A DNA stretch of 64,000 bases from Camelus ferus (lineage: Eukaryota), in the NCBI RefSeq assembly GCF_009834535.1, contig NC_045707.1:54314001-54378000 (forward strand), given 5' to 3'. Position numbers and translations under genes: made by a program. Position 1 is the first letter of the stretch; each line of letters begins with the position of its first letter. Under the pieces are notes generated by a model. That model was not told the DNA's origin. It did not search any database and saw only the letters and a list, made by a program, of their open reading frames with translations. This document shows, in pieces, positions 40,941 to 53,980 of this stretch.

Positions 40941-43380
40941 AGGGGATTCTGGGAAGATGGGCAGTGGGGAGTAGGAAGCACCAGGAACCTGTCTCCTAAC
41001 CTAGACAACAAGTGAACTGGCAGAATCTGGTGTAAGTAGTTCGGACCTTGAGAGTTTACTGAAGACTTGTAATGTCCTGGGGAAGACCTGGGTGGTAAAT
41101 TGTGGTTAATTTGGTCAATTTCAGCTCTCAGCACAGTGGCCGCCATCCATCCTTCACCCCACAGCCCCATGAGATAGGCAGTTGTTCCTGTGTTTCAGGA
41201 TTAGCTTGCACACAGTTTACAGGAGCCATGGTGGACAATGAGGACACTGTCCTCCAAACAAATACTGGTGATCTGTGCTCTGACTGCTGATTGTTGCTTC
41301 TGATCACAGATCTGCAAAGATTTCCGGATTTGAAAGGTGAATGTCCTTCCCTCAACACTCCCACTTAATTCCTTTTGGGAGACAGACATTAAAGGCTAGA
41401 ATATTCATTTTAAAAAAAAGACGAGTATACAAAATCATTTGCATATATGGGGGACATGAGAAAGCCAGCACACTTGCCTGGGGAAAGGCACAGGATTAGA
41501 AAAGAACTAAAAAGGCCTTTAGTTTATAACTCAGGCTGATCCTTGGCACAAACAGAGGCTGCAACAATGAAAACAAAAATGACAGAAAAAGAAACAAAAA
41601 ACCTAGAAAACCCTGAGGAAGAGAGAGAACCAGATTTCCAGAGTTATCACATTATTAGATTAAATGTCTAATTTTAAATAAAAATCACAAGGCATACAAA
41701 GAAACAGGAAAGTTTATGGCCTATTCAAAGGGAAAAAAATCAACCAAAACTATCCCTAAGACAGACCTCATGGCAGATTTACTAGACAAATAATTTAAAA
41801 CAACTGTCTTAAAGATGCTCCAAGAACTAAAAGAAGAGAGAAAATGATGTATGAACAAAATGGAAGTATCAATAAAGAGACAGAAAACCTGAAAAGAAAT
41901 AATAAAGAAATTTTGAAGCTGAAAAGTATAATAACTGAAACGAAAAATTCACTAGAATTCACCAATAGGATTCACTAGGGGGATCTGCCTTTAAGTAGGA
42001 AGATAATGGAATGGGTGAACTAGAAGATACACAATGAAATTATCAAGTCTAATAATGAGCAGAAAGGAAAAAACAAAGATTAAAGAAAAGTGAAGAGAAC
42101 GTAAGGGATCTGTGAGACACCATCAAACGGATCAACACGCGCATCACGGGAGTCATGAAGGAAAGAAAGGACAGAAGATATAGGCAAGAAAGAATGTTGG
42201 AAAAATAATGACTAAAAATTTCCCAAATTCAGAGATAGACCTAAATACAAACATCCAAGAAGCTCAATGAACTTGAAGTAAGATAAAGTCAAAGAGCCTC
42301 ACACTGAGACATATTATAATCAAACTTTCCAAAGTCAAAGACAGAGAATCCTGAAAGAAGCAATTTGCCGCGTATAAGTGCTCCTCAGTAAGACTACCAG
42401 CGGGAAGTTCATCAGAATCTTTTGAAGTCCAGAAGGTAGTGTGCTAATACATTCAAGGTGCTGAAAGAAAAAACTGTCAATTAAGGCTCCTTTGGCAAAA
42501 CTGTCCCTTACATTAGGAAGAAATGAAGACGTTCCCAGATAAATAAACAAAACCTGAGAGAGTTCATAACCGTTAGACCTGTCCTGAAAGAAACACTAAG
42601 GGAGTTCTTTAGGTTGAAACAAAAGGATGCTAGACTGCGGTTCAAAGCAATATGAATAAATTAAGATCGTAGTAAAGGTAACTACATAAAAAATTATAAA
42701 AGCAACCATTGTTTTTAAAATTGATTTATTTGGGGATGGGAATTAGGTTTACGTATTTATTTATTTCTAGAGGAGGTACTGGGGACTGAACGCAGGACCT
42801 TGTGTATGCTAAGCATGCACTCTACCATTTCAGCTATACCCTCCCCCGCCAGAAGCAACTATTGTTAACAATAGTTTGTTAAAGCCACTTTTTATCTTCT
42901 ACATGATTTAAAAGACTAATACACTTAAAAACAAATGATTCTTAGCTTAAAAGCCAGTAATATTACAACCCTTTGGTTTGTAACTCTGCATTTTGTTTTT
43001 TCTACATGATTTAAGAGACTAATGTATTTAAAGAAATGATTAGTCTGTTTTGGGCACACAGTGTATAAAGGTATAATTCAGTGATATCAACCACTGAAAG
43101 GGGTGGAGATGCAATTGTAAAGAAGCAGAGTTTGTGGGTGCTACTGAAGTTAAGCTGGTATAAATTCAAATTAAAGGGTTTATAACTTTATGATATAAAG
43201 GAGGAATGTGAAGTTGTCATTTAATAGGTATATAGTTTCAGTTTTACAACATAAAAAGTGTGGATATGCTTGGTGGTGCACTGAATGCACTTAATACCAG
43301 TGAATGCACACTTAAAGTGGGTAAGATGGTAAATTTCTAGGTTATGTGCATCTTACCACAATAAAGAAACTGGAGGAAGA
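40941..43380 (+). mobile_element. L1 with 5'UTR and ORF1 joined directly to a 3' tail (ORF2 absent)
   Basis: 5' end ggggattctgggaagatgg. ORF1 remnant 'KKSEENVRDL*DTIKRINTRITGV' near 42085-42155. Inter-ORF sequence to about 43200, then L1MB-like tail ending ttaccacaataaa. Confidence 0.82.
42714..42847 (-). mobile_element. tRNA-derived SINE, camelid vic-1-like, nested in L1
   Basis: Reverse complement gggggagggtatagctgaaatggtagagtgcatgcttagcat...ttcagtccccagtacctc. TSD aagcaaccattgtt (42700-42713) / aagcaactattgtt (42853-42866). Confidence 0.88.
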
Positions 43381-45434
43381 ATTTACAAGGCTATGTGAGG
43401 AGCGACTGTGGAAAGCCTGTCAGGCAAGGAGTCTGACTTTCACACTAGTTTTTGGATATACAAGCAACTTTTTTTTTTCTTTTTAAACACCTGCCAAATC
43501 ACCTCTTTTTTATACTCTCTGGGGCTCCAGCTGTTTTCTTTCTGCAGCAGGACAAGGTCCCGCAAAGCAACTGTAACTTCTTTGCCATATCATATAGATG
43601 ATGATGGAGGTTTCTTTTGGGAAAAGCTACATAAAGTCTGGGGAAATTTTTCAGGTCTTTAAATCGAAATCTAAAAGTACAGAGCACTTTGAAAATAATT
43701 TTTCTTGGTTTCTAATGCAAAATCACAAACTTTTTTAAGATTCCAGAACAATTCTTTAACCACTGTCTCTTAGAAATTTCTAGAAGCATAAGAGGTTTAA
43801 TATAAAATGCTAAAGATACTTTTAGTAATTATATAATCCCAGCCGAAAAATGTTACCAAGACTACTGATTTATATGCATTCAAGCTTATTAATCTCAAGT
43901 ATATTTGGCAGTACCTAGTATGTTGTGGAACAAAAAAATCTCAAAATGTCAGGAGGAACTGGCCAAGATTATAAATATACTACTGTTTTAAAATGTATAT
44001 TAATATATCATGCTTACCGCTGGACATTTACACAAATTTCAGTTATTGCTTACGAAAACCTTCTGTTCAGATATTCTTTAACTTACAACTGAGGATCTGG
44101 AAAGCTTTCTGGGCATTAGAAGACTATTATCAAATTTACTTACACATTAAAAATAAACTTGAACTTAGATACATTTGTAATGGTGTGTTCACAACTGAAC
44201 ATTTGAACAGATATACATATATTTGGCTTTTGATTAGAAAATTATTATCCTAATATCCAACTTTGAGAGACTAGAAAACAAGGCTATCAGGAGAGGAGCT
44301 GCAGATAACACTCATGTTTACTTGTATATGTAGATGCAAAAGTTTTCATGCCAACTAGTGTAATCCTTTCATCTGACACGTGAAACTAGAACCAGACTTT
44401 CCCTAAGCCACGAGTCAGAGCTGAACGAGTCCTAGAAATTCTAACAGACGTGACAATCTTTCCCTGCTCCCACCACCACCCCTTACCCTGCGCCCCAACA
44501 CTTTCCTTCTCTTCTGCCCAAGCTGCCTCTTGCTATTCCCAAAGAATTCTTTCTAACACTTTTTGATAACTCTTGTAGCATCTCAGAACCTTTACTGTTT
44601 GGAAACTTGGTTCATTATACATCTCAAATCTCACTTTCTAAACCCTCTCCTCCATTCTCAGTGAAAAAGCATGGCTGCTCATACTGGAGACTGTTGTTAT
44701 GTGCTGTGCGTGCCTCTTCTCACTAAATCAAATACTTCACTGGGCTTTAGTCTCTCCCTTTGCCTGTACTTCAGGTTTTGTTTATTTTCCCACAGTGTAC
44801 GGCAATACGTAACGTTCCGTGAAGTTAATCTGAGATAGGGATCAAATATGAACTCCAGGTCTGAAAGCTGCCCAGCTTAATACATTTTTGCCTCCTCCTC
44901 AAAACTTATTCCAGCAAACTTAATGAATTTGACTTTGGTCTGAGACAAAAAACACAATTTGCTGTGGTTTTCTGTATTTATGATGTAGTAATTTTTCTCA
45001 TCTTCTCTGGGTTTAAGGATGAGGATTGGTTATTTAAACTTAAAGACAACTTTATTGGTTCTCTATAGGTTGGCTTCCAAACAGCATAAGTAAAAAAGAA
45101 AATAAACTCTATGAAATTTTAAGTCAACAAATAAAAATATAACCTAAATTTACTTTATAATTTAAAAGGTGTAAAACAAAGGTGCCAGTGTAGACCACTA
45201 TGTCACATCAGACTTAATGCACCTTTTTATTTTAGATAGTATGTTATTATACATATTTTATGACAAAGTTGCAAAAATTCCCCCCAAAGAAAATTGAGAT
45301 CTAGGTTCATTAAATCGTCTGCTAAAAGAATTGTTTTAAAGAAAAGTTATGCACTGTGGACTCAATGACTAAGAAAATGTCATTTCTTCTCTGTTTCTGA
45401 GGTTCATTATGAGCAGAATATAATAGGTGCTTAA

Positions 45435-48240
45435 CGCTGGGAGACAATCCTCCATGAGTCTCACACTTCTCCATGTCTTACGGACAGCCTTTTTCTAGAC
45501 CATCTTTTCAAGGACTTTTGTATAGCTAACAGCCTGGGAAGATAGTGGTCGTACTTCCTGCTGTGTTAGGGGCACTATGCTACTTGGACTCATAGGGTAC
45601 AAGGCACACTGATCCAACTGATGGGGTCTGGACATGGCTCACAGTGTAGAAGGAGCTAAGGTTATCTGTGAGTGTGGTCCTTTAGGCCAAATCAATGTAC
45701 TGTTGCTGTTGCTTCTCTATCGGAATGTAGACTAGAAATTGATGTGTTACATGCTTTTCTCTTCTGTCCCACAAGTGCTAGAGGAGATTATCCTAATGGG
45801 GAGGAGTTGCACACAAAGAAGTGCTAGTGTGACAAACTCTCCTGTGATTTAACACCTGTGGGATGACCAATGGGTCGGGATTTAGTGACAGCACCTCTAC
45901 CCTCTGATACCCAAAGCTTTCACTATATAAATGATATTCTGCTAGTTGTCAAGTCTAATAATATGTGAATCATATTTTTATTTTTTAAAGCCTTAGTTTC
46001 AACTGTTCTGATTATGGTAAGTGTCGTAACACTTCTGCCAGCAGGAGTTGGCTGATAAATCCGAACAGAATTCTGGGGCCTACATTCTGAAGCATGTTGG
46101 TCATAGTTTTCGGGACTATGAGAGAGAATGTACAATGCTTAGTCTCTTCAGCAGCCAAGGAAAAGCTGTCTGTTTAGCCCTTAACCACGCACACAAAAAC
46201 AGGCCCAAAGTTTTTGGGACCCATTCAGTACTGCAGACAATACAAGTTTCTGTGGTTGATGATTTTGCCATTTGGAGCCTCTGGCCTCCAGCTGGTGGCA
46301 TCCCTTGTGGTTCTGGATTGGTGGCTTTTCTGACACAGATACCAGCTATATTCTTATTGAAAAACAGCTGTAAGCTTCCTACAGGACTATTTTAAAAATT
46401 AAATGACTGACTCCTGGAGGCTTTATGACTCTCTGGCCTGATATTTCAAGTTTGGGATAGAATAACTCACACTGAATGACTAACAAGGTGTGAAGATGTC
46501 CCCAAACCTCACTTGTCAAAAGGAATAGCCAGACTGGCCCCAGCGGCATCTTGGCTTTACATGACAAAGTGGAAGCCATACTTCTCGGGGAAACTTTATC
46601 TTCATCCCATGGTCTGAACCAAAGCTGCTGGCTTGGACAGACCTCAGCTCACTCTGGTTCCCCTAAATGCTTGGGCCTGATTCAGAGATGGTTCAACTAA
46701 GCGGAAACCTATCTTACTGACTCTTGAGCTGCACCCAATGGCCTCACAATTTGGTCTGACATGTGGAAAACTACTGACACGTGGCTGACTAAAGAGACTC
46801 CATTTTGAGCCTTTACACAGGGAAGCAAATCACGGCTGCTCGTAGAGCTGCTCTCACTACTCACATGAATATCCATAATAAGGGCCCATTCCCTGATGAG
46901 CCGACTAGAAGCAAGTCACTGATTAGGTCTGATTGCATTTCTGACGCGGAGAGTGGGTGCCAGACTTGCACTTTCTGCAAAATTTACCCACTTGTCTTAT
47001 GGCAGAGGAGGCCCCACTGCATGGATCTTTTCTGGCTCCTGCCTGCTCTTGGAAAACTGACCTTGTAACACTTTCAAGACTTTAACGACTTTCGATACCT
47101 TTTCAGGTTATCTATCAGCTGGCTTTGGCCATATAACTGGCCCTTGAAATTAGTCTGTGTAATTTTTCAGTTTTCTGGACCATTGGAGCCTGACAGCTAT
47201 GTGCCTTTTATCACAAAAGCTACTCAACAGTGGGCTGATGGTCTGACTTCACCACTCTCACTTCCTTCTCTGTCCACACACCTTAACAAGGCCATTTGAT
47301 CAGTTAATGTGGCTGTCCCCAGAAAGGGATCATACTCTTGCCGCTACTTCTTAGGTATGAGCAGGAAAACGTGAAGTGCCTGGAGGACAACACAGACCTA
47401 GCTCGACAACTCAGGATTCGTCCTGACCATTCCTGGGCATGAGGCATATTTCTTTTCTCTAACAGGTAGTCCCAGGCCAGCATGATCAACACATCCTGAG
47501 GGTGCAAAGGAGGTTTAGGGTTTACACACTTAATCCTGGTTAAGTTTTATAAAAATGAACTTGCTTGTCTTCTTCCAGACCCTTTCAGATGACAGTTCTA
47601 GGTGTGATTAGAGAATGATTGGGAAAAAAGGTGAAGTTAGAGCTACTGAAATGGGAAGCACTAATTTTAAGAAGGTAATAGATAATAACCATTCGGTACC
47701 TTTCAAAGGAAAACCTTAGATTCTGAGACGTACAGGGAAGGGAAGAACATTAATGACCTTTTGTCCTTTATGATGACCTGAAGCCGTCCTCCATAAGAGA
47801 AATGCCCCTGTAGGGCCCTCACAAGCTTCTGCAAGCACCTTACATTTAACTTACCACTTGGTCTGCCATCTCCTTCCATGAGGCTGTGACCATGCTGTGA
47901 CAGTCATTTCCCTTAACTTTACTGAGAAGCCTATCAAGGCAGCAGGGGACCGCCCCAGGATCCTGCACCTTTCACGTAAAACATCTCCGGGTATTTTCCC
48001 CACTCCCGTTCTCAGTCATCCTATGGGGTGGACAAATGCCACCTGGAAGCTGTCCATGAAGGATAAAACCTCAGATCCCTCATGGTTCTTGGCACTTAAA
48101 AAAGTTAAGGTAAACTACGCTTAACAAAACTAAAGCAAACTGACTCTTGGTTGTCAGTGTCCCCTTGGTTAACGATTTGTTAAATGCAATCACATTTCAG
48201 AGAGGTGACTTCATGGCAGATTGAGCCAGTCTGTTTGCTT
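45435..48240 (+). mobile_element. Degraded ERVL-class provirus: partial LTR plus internal pol remnant
   Basis: LTR start similar to 361-865. Decayed pol motifs: YILIEKQL*ASY (about 46347-46382), AWA*FRDGS (46669-46695, cf. WFTDGS), NGLTIWSDMWK (46737-46769). Right boundary uncertain. Confidence 0.75.
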
Positions 48241-48559
48241 GAGGCTAATTTATTAAGACAATTTTATATTTACTTCTTTGATAGCATGTAATTCACTGAA
48301 AATATCCAAATGCATTTCTGGCATCTCCTGAACAGGGGGCTATTATATCTGTCTGTGTACCTATCCCAGCACCAAGCATGGTGCCTGCCATATTGTAAGC
48401 ATTCAGTATTTGTTGGCTGGGAGGGAATAAAAAAAGGTTTGCATAGATGTATATGACTACAACTCTTTCGTGATATGTCTTAAAGAAAAGTCTGGACTTA
48501 ATCCAAAGTCAACTATTGTTATGACTTAAATAAGCAATAAAAGGGAAGACCTTTTTGAA

Positions 48560-50240
48560 TATTCAAAGGACTTGAGAGATAACCTACTAAAATTAATAAG
48601 TGTTTTCAACAAAGTCTCTGGATACAGGGTCAGTATGCAAAATTAAAATAATATCAGAAAACATCAAATACCTAGGAATAAATCTAACCAAAAATGTGTT
48701 AAGACCACTATGAAGAAAACTACAGAGCATTAGGGGCAGAGATTTTAAGTGGCTTAAATAAATGATGAAATTAGTCTACATTCATGAATGTAAAAATTTA
48801 ATATCCTAAAAATATCAGTTCTCCCAAATTGACTCATAGATTCACTGCAATCTCAGAGAAAATCCTACTGTATACTGTGCAGATTGACAGGATGAGTCTA
48901 AAATTCATACATAAATAAAACAGGTCAACAGTAGCAATAGTAGTAGTAGTTCTTTCTTGGAGAGGAAAAACCAAGTTGGAGCTCTTATAAAACTAGATAA
49001 CAAAACTTATTATAGATTATACATTAATTAAAGTAGTGACATAAGGATAAGAACAGAATGATGAGAAAAATTAAGAGAATCCACGCAGTTTCCCAAATTC
49101 GAACAAAGTTTCCACTCATCCATTGTGAAATGTACTGGCTGTGCAACAAGTGGTCCTGAGCCCATAAGATAACCAGATATGTGTGTCTGAAGGGGATCTT
49201 GACCCCTTCCTCACACTGCAGCCAAAAATTAATTCCAGATGTAACCACAGACTTAAATATTGGAAGTTAAGATAATAAAGTTTCTAGAATATCCTAATGA
49301 CATATGAGCAAGTAAAAATTTCTTGTACGTCACAATGATTAAAAACTCTTATTTTTAATTTAAAATTAGAAATATTCTGTTCATCAAAGTAAACCATAAA
49401 GAGAGAAAAGGTAAATTCCAGAATTTAGAGAAGACATTTGTAAGGAAAAACAAGGAAAACAAGGAAAAATATATTCTCTGTATTCAGAATATATAAAGAA
49501 CGCCTACAAATCAATAAGAAAAAAGATATACAACCCAACTTACAAATGTACAAATGGTTGATCATGTCACAAATCCAAATATCCAAATGGCCAGTAAACA
49601 TATGAAAAAGTATTCAACATTATTAGTTATGAGAGAAATGCAAATTAAAACAGCTAGAAACACATTACAGATCTCCTGGAATGAGAAAAAGACGTGAAAA
49701 CACAAAGTGTTGGTGAGGATAGAACTCCTCTGAAACTCATATTTTGCTGATAGGACTGTAGACTGATACAATCACTTTGGAATACTATCAGGTACTATCT
49801 ACTAAACATAGGTAAACGTTATGACACAGAAATTCAATTCCCAAAAGAAATTTGAGTATGCACATCAAATGACGTGTACAAAAACGTTCATAGCATCTTT
49901 AGGCATAATAGACAATACTAGAAATAACTCAGTAACAAATAATCCAACAATAGTAGGACAGTGGTATATTCAAATAATAGATTAAAATGTAGTATAATCA
50001 AAGAATGGTAAATATACAGCTACACTCAACCACATAGATTAATCTCACAGACATAATATTATGTAAAAAAAAAAAAGAGTACATACTGGATGATTCCACT
50101 TACAGGAAGCTCAAAACTAGGCAAAACTAATCTATGATGATGGAGGTGTGAATGCTATGCAGACATGAGGAAGTCTTCTGGGGATAGATAGTCATATATT
50201 CTATATCTTAATCTAAGTGTTGGTGATGGGGATTTAACTG
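48560..50240 (+). mobile_element. Old L1 (L1ME-like) ORF2 3' part and 3'UTR
   Basis: aaatacctaggaataaatctaacc (KYLGINLT), atgaaaaagtattcaacattattagttatgagagaaatgcaaattaaaac, ggcaaaactaatctatgatg. Confidence 0.85.
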
Positions 50241-50768
50241 TCTAGAGAAGAGGGAACAGAATGTGCAGAACTAAGGATGTAAAATACAAGTAAGTGCTCT
50301 GTCCAGTAAGAAGATGCTCAGTGTGGCTAGAGCATACGGACGCCACTGGTGGAAGTGGCGAAGATGTTTCTAGAGTTTGCTGCCTTGTTGTGGAATACTT
50401 CAGTAACAATTTAAGGAGAGTGTTCTCATTTTGCTAGGCAACAAAGAACTACTAATGGTTGCTCAAGAGGACATAAATAAGCTTAGAGTTATACTTAATG
50501 AAGAATAATTGATAAAACATTGTGTAAATCCGGTTGAAGAATACACAGAAATTCTTGTAATATTCTATAACCATGTTTACACACTGTAAAAGCCTGTGCC
50601 ATAGATGAAGCAGATTTAAAAAATTAGAAGCATACATTTTTGAGTGTGATTTGAAAAAAATCTGCAACACAGTATTAAGAGGATAAAAATCTTAGAAACT
50701 GGTTTAGATCCAAAACAGTACACTAAAATATTTTAAGACCATATTTATATGTTGTAGTTGGCACTTAC

Positions 50769-50888
50769 TTCATCAAATGTAAAATCTTCTAAATCTATTT
50801 CTTCATATTCTTCTTCAGATTCTTCATTCTTAATAGCCTCAAGAGCCCTTGTCAGTTTTTTTCGCAAAAGAAAGCCCTTCCAAACTGC
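50769..50888 (-). CDS. LRRIQ1: LRRIQ1 coding exon, 120 nt, phase 0/0 (completes second IQ motif)
   Basis: Acceptor tttgtttag|G, donor GAA|gtaagt. Translates AVWKGFLLRKKLTRALEAIKNEESEEEYEEIDLEDFTFDE. Confidence 0.94.
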
Positions 50889-51384
50889 CTAAACAAAAAT
50901 TTAAAGCATGTTATACAAGGTTATAGATCAAACTCCAAACCAGATTCTCTGTGTTATCCCATTAGGAAGATAAAACATCTTAGACCTTAGTTTAATGGCT
51001 CAATAATCTGTTTTTTGAACTTTATGTGACACTTAAAACTGCAAGATAAATGGAACGACTGCTTGTGTCTAAAGTTCTGAATCTCAGGAGACTTTCCTTG
51101 TGGTAAGCAGAAAAGAATCTTTCAAACTCCCTCAACTGCACATGTAGGTCAACCAATCAATTATCTGACAATTCCTCCAGGACCCACTCTAAATTAAGAA
51201 GAAAGAGATACAGAGGAAAACCAATTTTGCTAATTTTCAAATGATTGTGTATAAAATAAACTAACACACATTTAGGAAAACTTCTACATATATAAATGAC
51301 CATATTAGAGACTTGGTATTCTGGCCCTGAACAATGAACTAATTTCATCTTTAAATAAACCAAGCACATATAACAGAATTAAAA

Positions 51385-52060
51385 ACATTCAGATTCATCA
51401 ATAAAATTGGAGTAGGAAAAGCTTTCCTAACTATAACTCCAAGAATGTGGGAGCTTTTAAAAAATGAGTATCGTTATATACGGGTAGGGAGTAAGCTCCA
51501 GGATGCGAAGTAAGTGTGTATTGCACGCTTCCATTTATCTATGAAAAACCATATAAAATGGATAAGAAACAAATATATTATATAAACCTAAATATTTAAA
51601 TATACAGGTATATTCGGTAGCTAATATTTGAAAAGTGAAAGCATAAAGCATAAAATTAATTTTAAAAATTGTTACTTATAGAGGTAGAAAACAGGGTAGA
51701 AGGTACAGCAATAGAAGACAGACTTCTCTGAATACACCTTGCTTACATTTGACTTTGGAATTGTGCCCGTGCATGAGATAACCATAAAATAAATTAATAT
51801 GAAATGAAAAGAAATTCCTGAGAAAATATAAAAATATATTTTCTGCTATGGGCATAACTACATAGAAGTTACTTAAAGTGACTTTAAAATAGATTTGACT
51901 ATTATAATCCTAGTGAAATACACTCAAAAGATAAATTTAATTACAAAAGTTACCTTAAATATGTTTTCAGTAATTATATTGTTAGTAATAAAATTGGTAT
52001 TGTTACTCTGAAAAAAAATTATATTGAGAAGAGGAATATACAAACATAATTGTCAGAGCA
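51385..52060 (+). mobile_element. Old L1 3' fragments
   Basis: L1MC/ME-type 3'UTR segments (agacttctctgaatacaccttg..tttgactttggaa). Confidence 0.55.
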
Positions 52061-52064
52061 TATA

Positions 52065-52262
52065 TGACAGTAGAAGTCACACACAATCTCTGCAGCAAAC
52101 AGCCTAGCAAGCCAAGTCACAACAATTAGCCAAGAATGGTTAAGACTTGGTCAATGACTGCCAACTTCTCTATTTCTTGTCCCTACTTCTAACTGAGGGC
52201 CAACGAGAGATAGTCAAATAGGCTTCCCAAAGCAATCACATAAGATGACCCACTTCTAGTTG
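52065..52262 (+). mobile_element. LTR fragment (ERV1-like, family uncertain)
   Basis: gacttggtcaatgactgccaacttctctattt...ccaaagcaatcacataagatgacccacttctagtt resembles old ERV1 LTRs. Confidence 0.45.
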
Positions 52263-52274
52263 GGCATGTATCTA

Positions 52275-52305
<31 letters not shown>
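52275..52305. repeat. (TG)n microsatellite
   Basis: Seen directly. Confidence 0.95.
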
Positions 52306-53031
52306 ACACACAAGAACATACATAGTGAAAATAAACAAGGACTGCACAAGTGAGAGAAAACAGGTTACAGCAAGGGAGTCAGCCACCATCACTGGCCTTT
52401 GGCATAGACTCAAAGGCAGGAAAGGGAGTAGGAAGAATGTATATACATTTATGTACAGTGATGAACACATAATTGTCACATAGAAGGCATTCATTAAATA
52501 TTATTTCGCCAATTTCCTTGTCCCCTTGTTTTTGACAATTCTATTTACTTCTTAGTTTATCGAACAAAAAAAGTGTGAAATTAAATACTGCAGAAAGTTC
52601 AAAAACTATAGTTAATTAAATTTAAATCATTTTGCCTCTTAACATGAATTTTAGTATAGAAATAATATTCTACTATTTTCTAACTTGCTATGAATAAATT
52701 ACAACTGCTCAAGAGATTTCAAAGCTCTTCTAATCTGAGGAGAAAGGATGTTAATATGAATTAAGAATTTCAACAGTATTAAATGGTAAAAACAGAAGAG
52801 AGGACATCTTTGTGTGATGAGGAACATCATTAAAAGTACTGCCTGAGAAAGAGAACTTTCTCTTTTAAACTTGCCTAGGGTGGAGAACACCATCAGCTTT
52901 CCGCCCTCTTTATCAGTCCCCTGTAGGCGGGCTGTTATTACAGACCTGGGCATGTCACGTGCTGTGGGTGACTGGCATGTGTAAGCTAGCTACCTTGGAG
53001 GGAAACATAATATTTGTGATTTTCCCCCTTT

Positions 53032-53386
53032 TGTCTTGGTCTGCTTAGGGGCTGGAGTAACAAAAATACCATAGACTTGGTGGCTTTTAAATAACAAACA
53101 TTTACTTCTTCCAGTTCCGGAGGAGGCTAGGGAGTCTAAGACCCAGGCACTGACAGATTCATTGTCTGCTGAGAGCAGGTTCCTGGTTCACAGACGGCTG
53201 TCTCCTCACTGTGTCCGCACATAGTGGTGGGGACTAGAGAGCTCTCTGGAGTCTTCCACTCATGGGGGCTCCACCATCATGATATACTCACCTCTCAAAG
53301 GCCCCACCTCCAAATATCATCACATTGGGGATTAAGTTTCAATATGATGAATTTTGTGGAGAACACAAACATTCAGCCTATAGTAC
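53032..53386 (-). mobile_element. MaLR LTR (MLT1A-like)
   Basis: gtaacaaaaataccatagacttggtggc...aggccccacctccaaatatcatcacattggggattaagtttcaat...acattcagcctatag. Confidence 0.85.
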
Positions 53387-53980
53387 CCTTCATTTTGGGA
53401 TTTTTAAAAACTCCTCTCTTTTTTGATTTCTTTATCTGGCACTTATTCTCTCTTGGTTCCTTGTTACCTTTCAAAAGGCTTTCTCTCTGACACGACAAAT
53501 GGGTGTGTAACTTCTCCATGCTGGGGAGGCACCCTTCATAGCCCTTCTTCCCTGACCCTGTTCTAGCAAGGTTCTAAGCATTAGGGAAACAAGCCTTCTC
53601 TCCACTGATTCTCTTTTTTGGTCAGATCATCTTCTCTTCCTCATGTGTCCGTACCCACTCCCCTTTTTCTTATACCAACATAATGATAAGATATCAAGAT
53701 AAGGTGCAGACCTAGGGAGAAGAGAGTATAAAGGGAATTCTTTAATACAGATCTTCAGTGATAAGAACAAAGTATTGATTTATTATACCTTATATATAAT
53801 CCAGCCCAACACATTAGGGATAAGACTTCTGCAAAGTTCTAGACCGTGATGCATGATGTGCATTTTTCTGATGTGACACATGTAGATACCTCCCTCATGA
53901 ATCTGCAGAGGGTTAGAATTCAAGTCCCAGCCACCTCTATTCAGTTTATGAGAAATAAAGGTAATATAAATGTGTAACAG

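Noticed and set aside
42895..43045. Imperfect ~100-bp-period direct repeat
   Set aside because: Lies inside the L1 inter-ORF region and is probably intrinsic to the element.
46288..46301. CTCF-like ccagctggtggcat
   Set aside because: Mismatch at a core position and located inside the ERV remnant.
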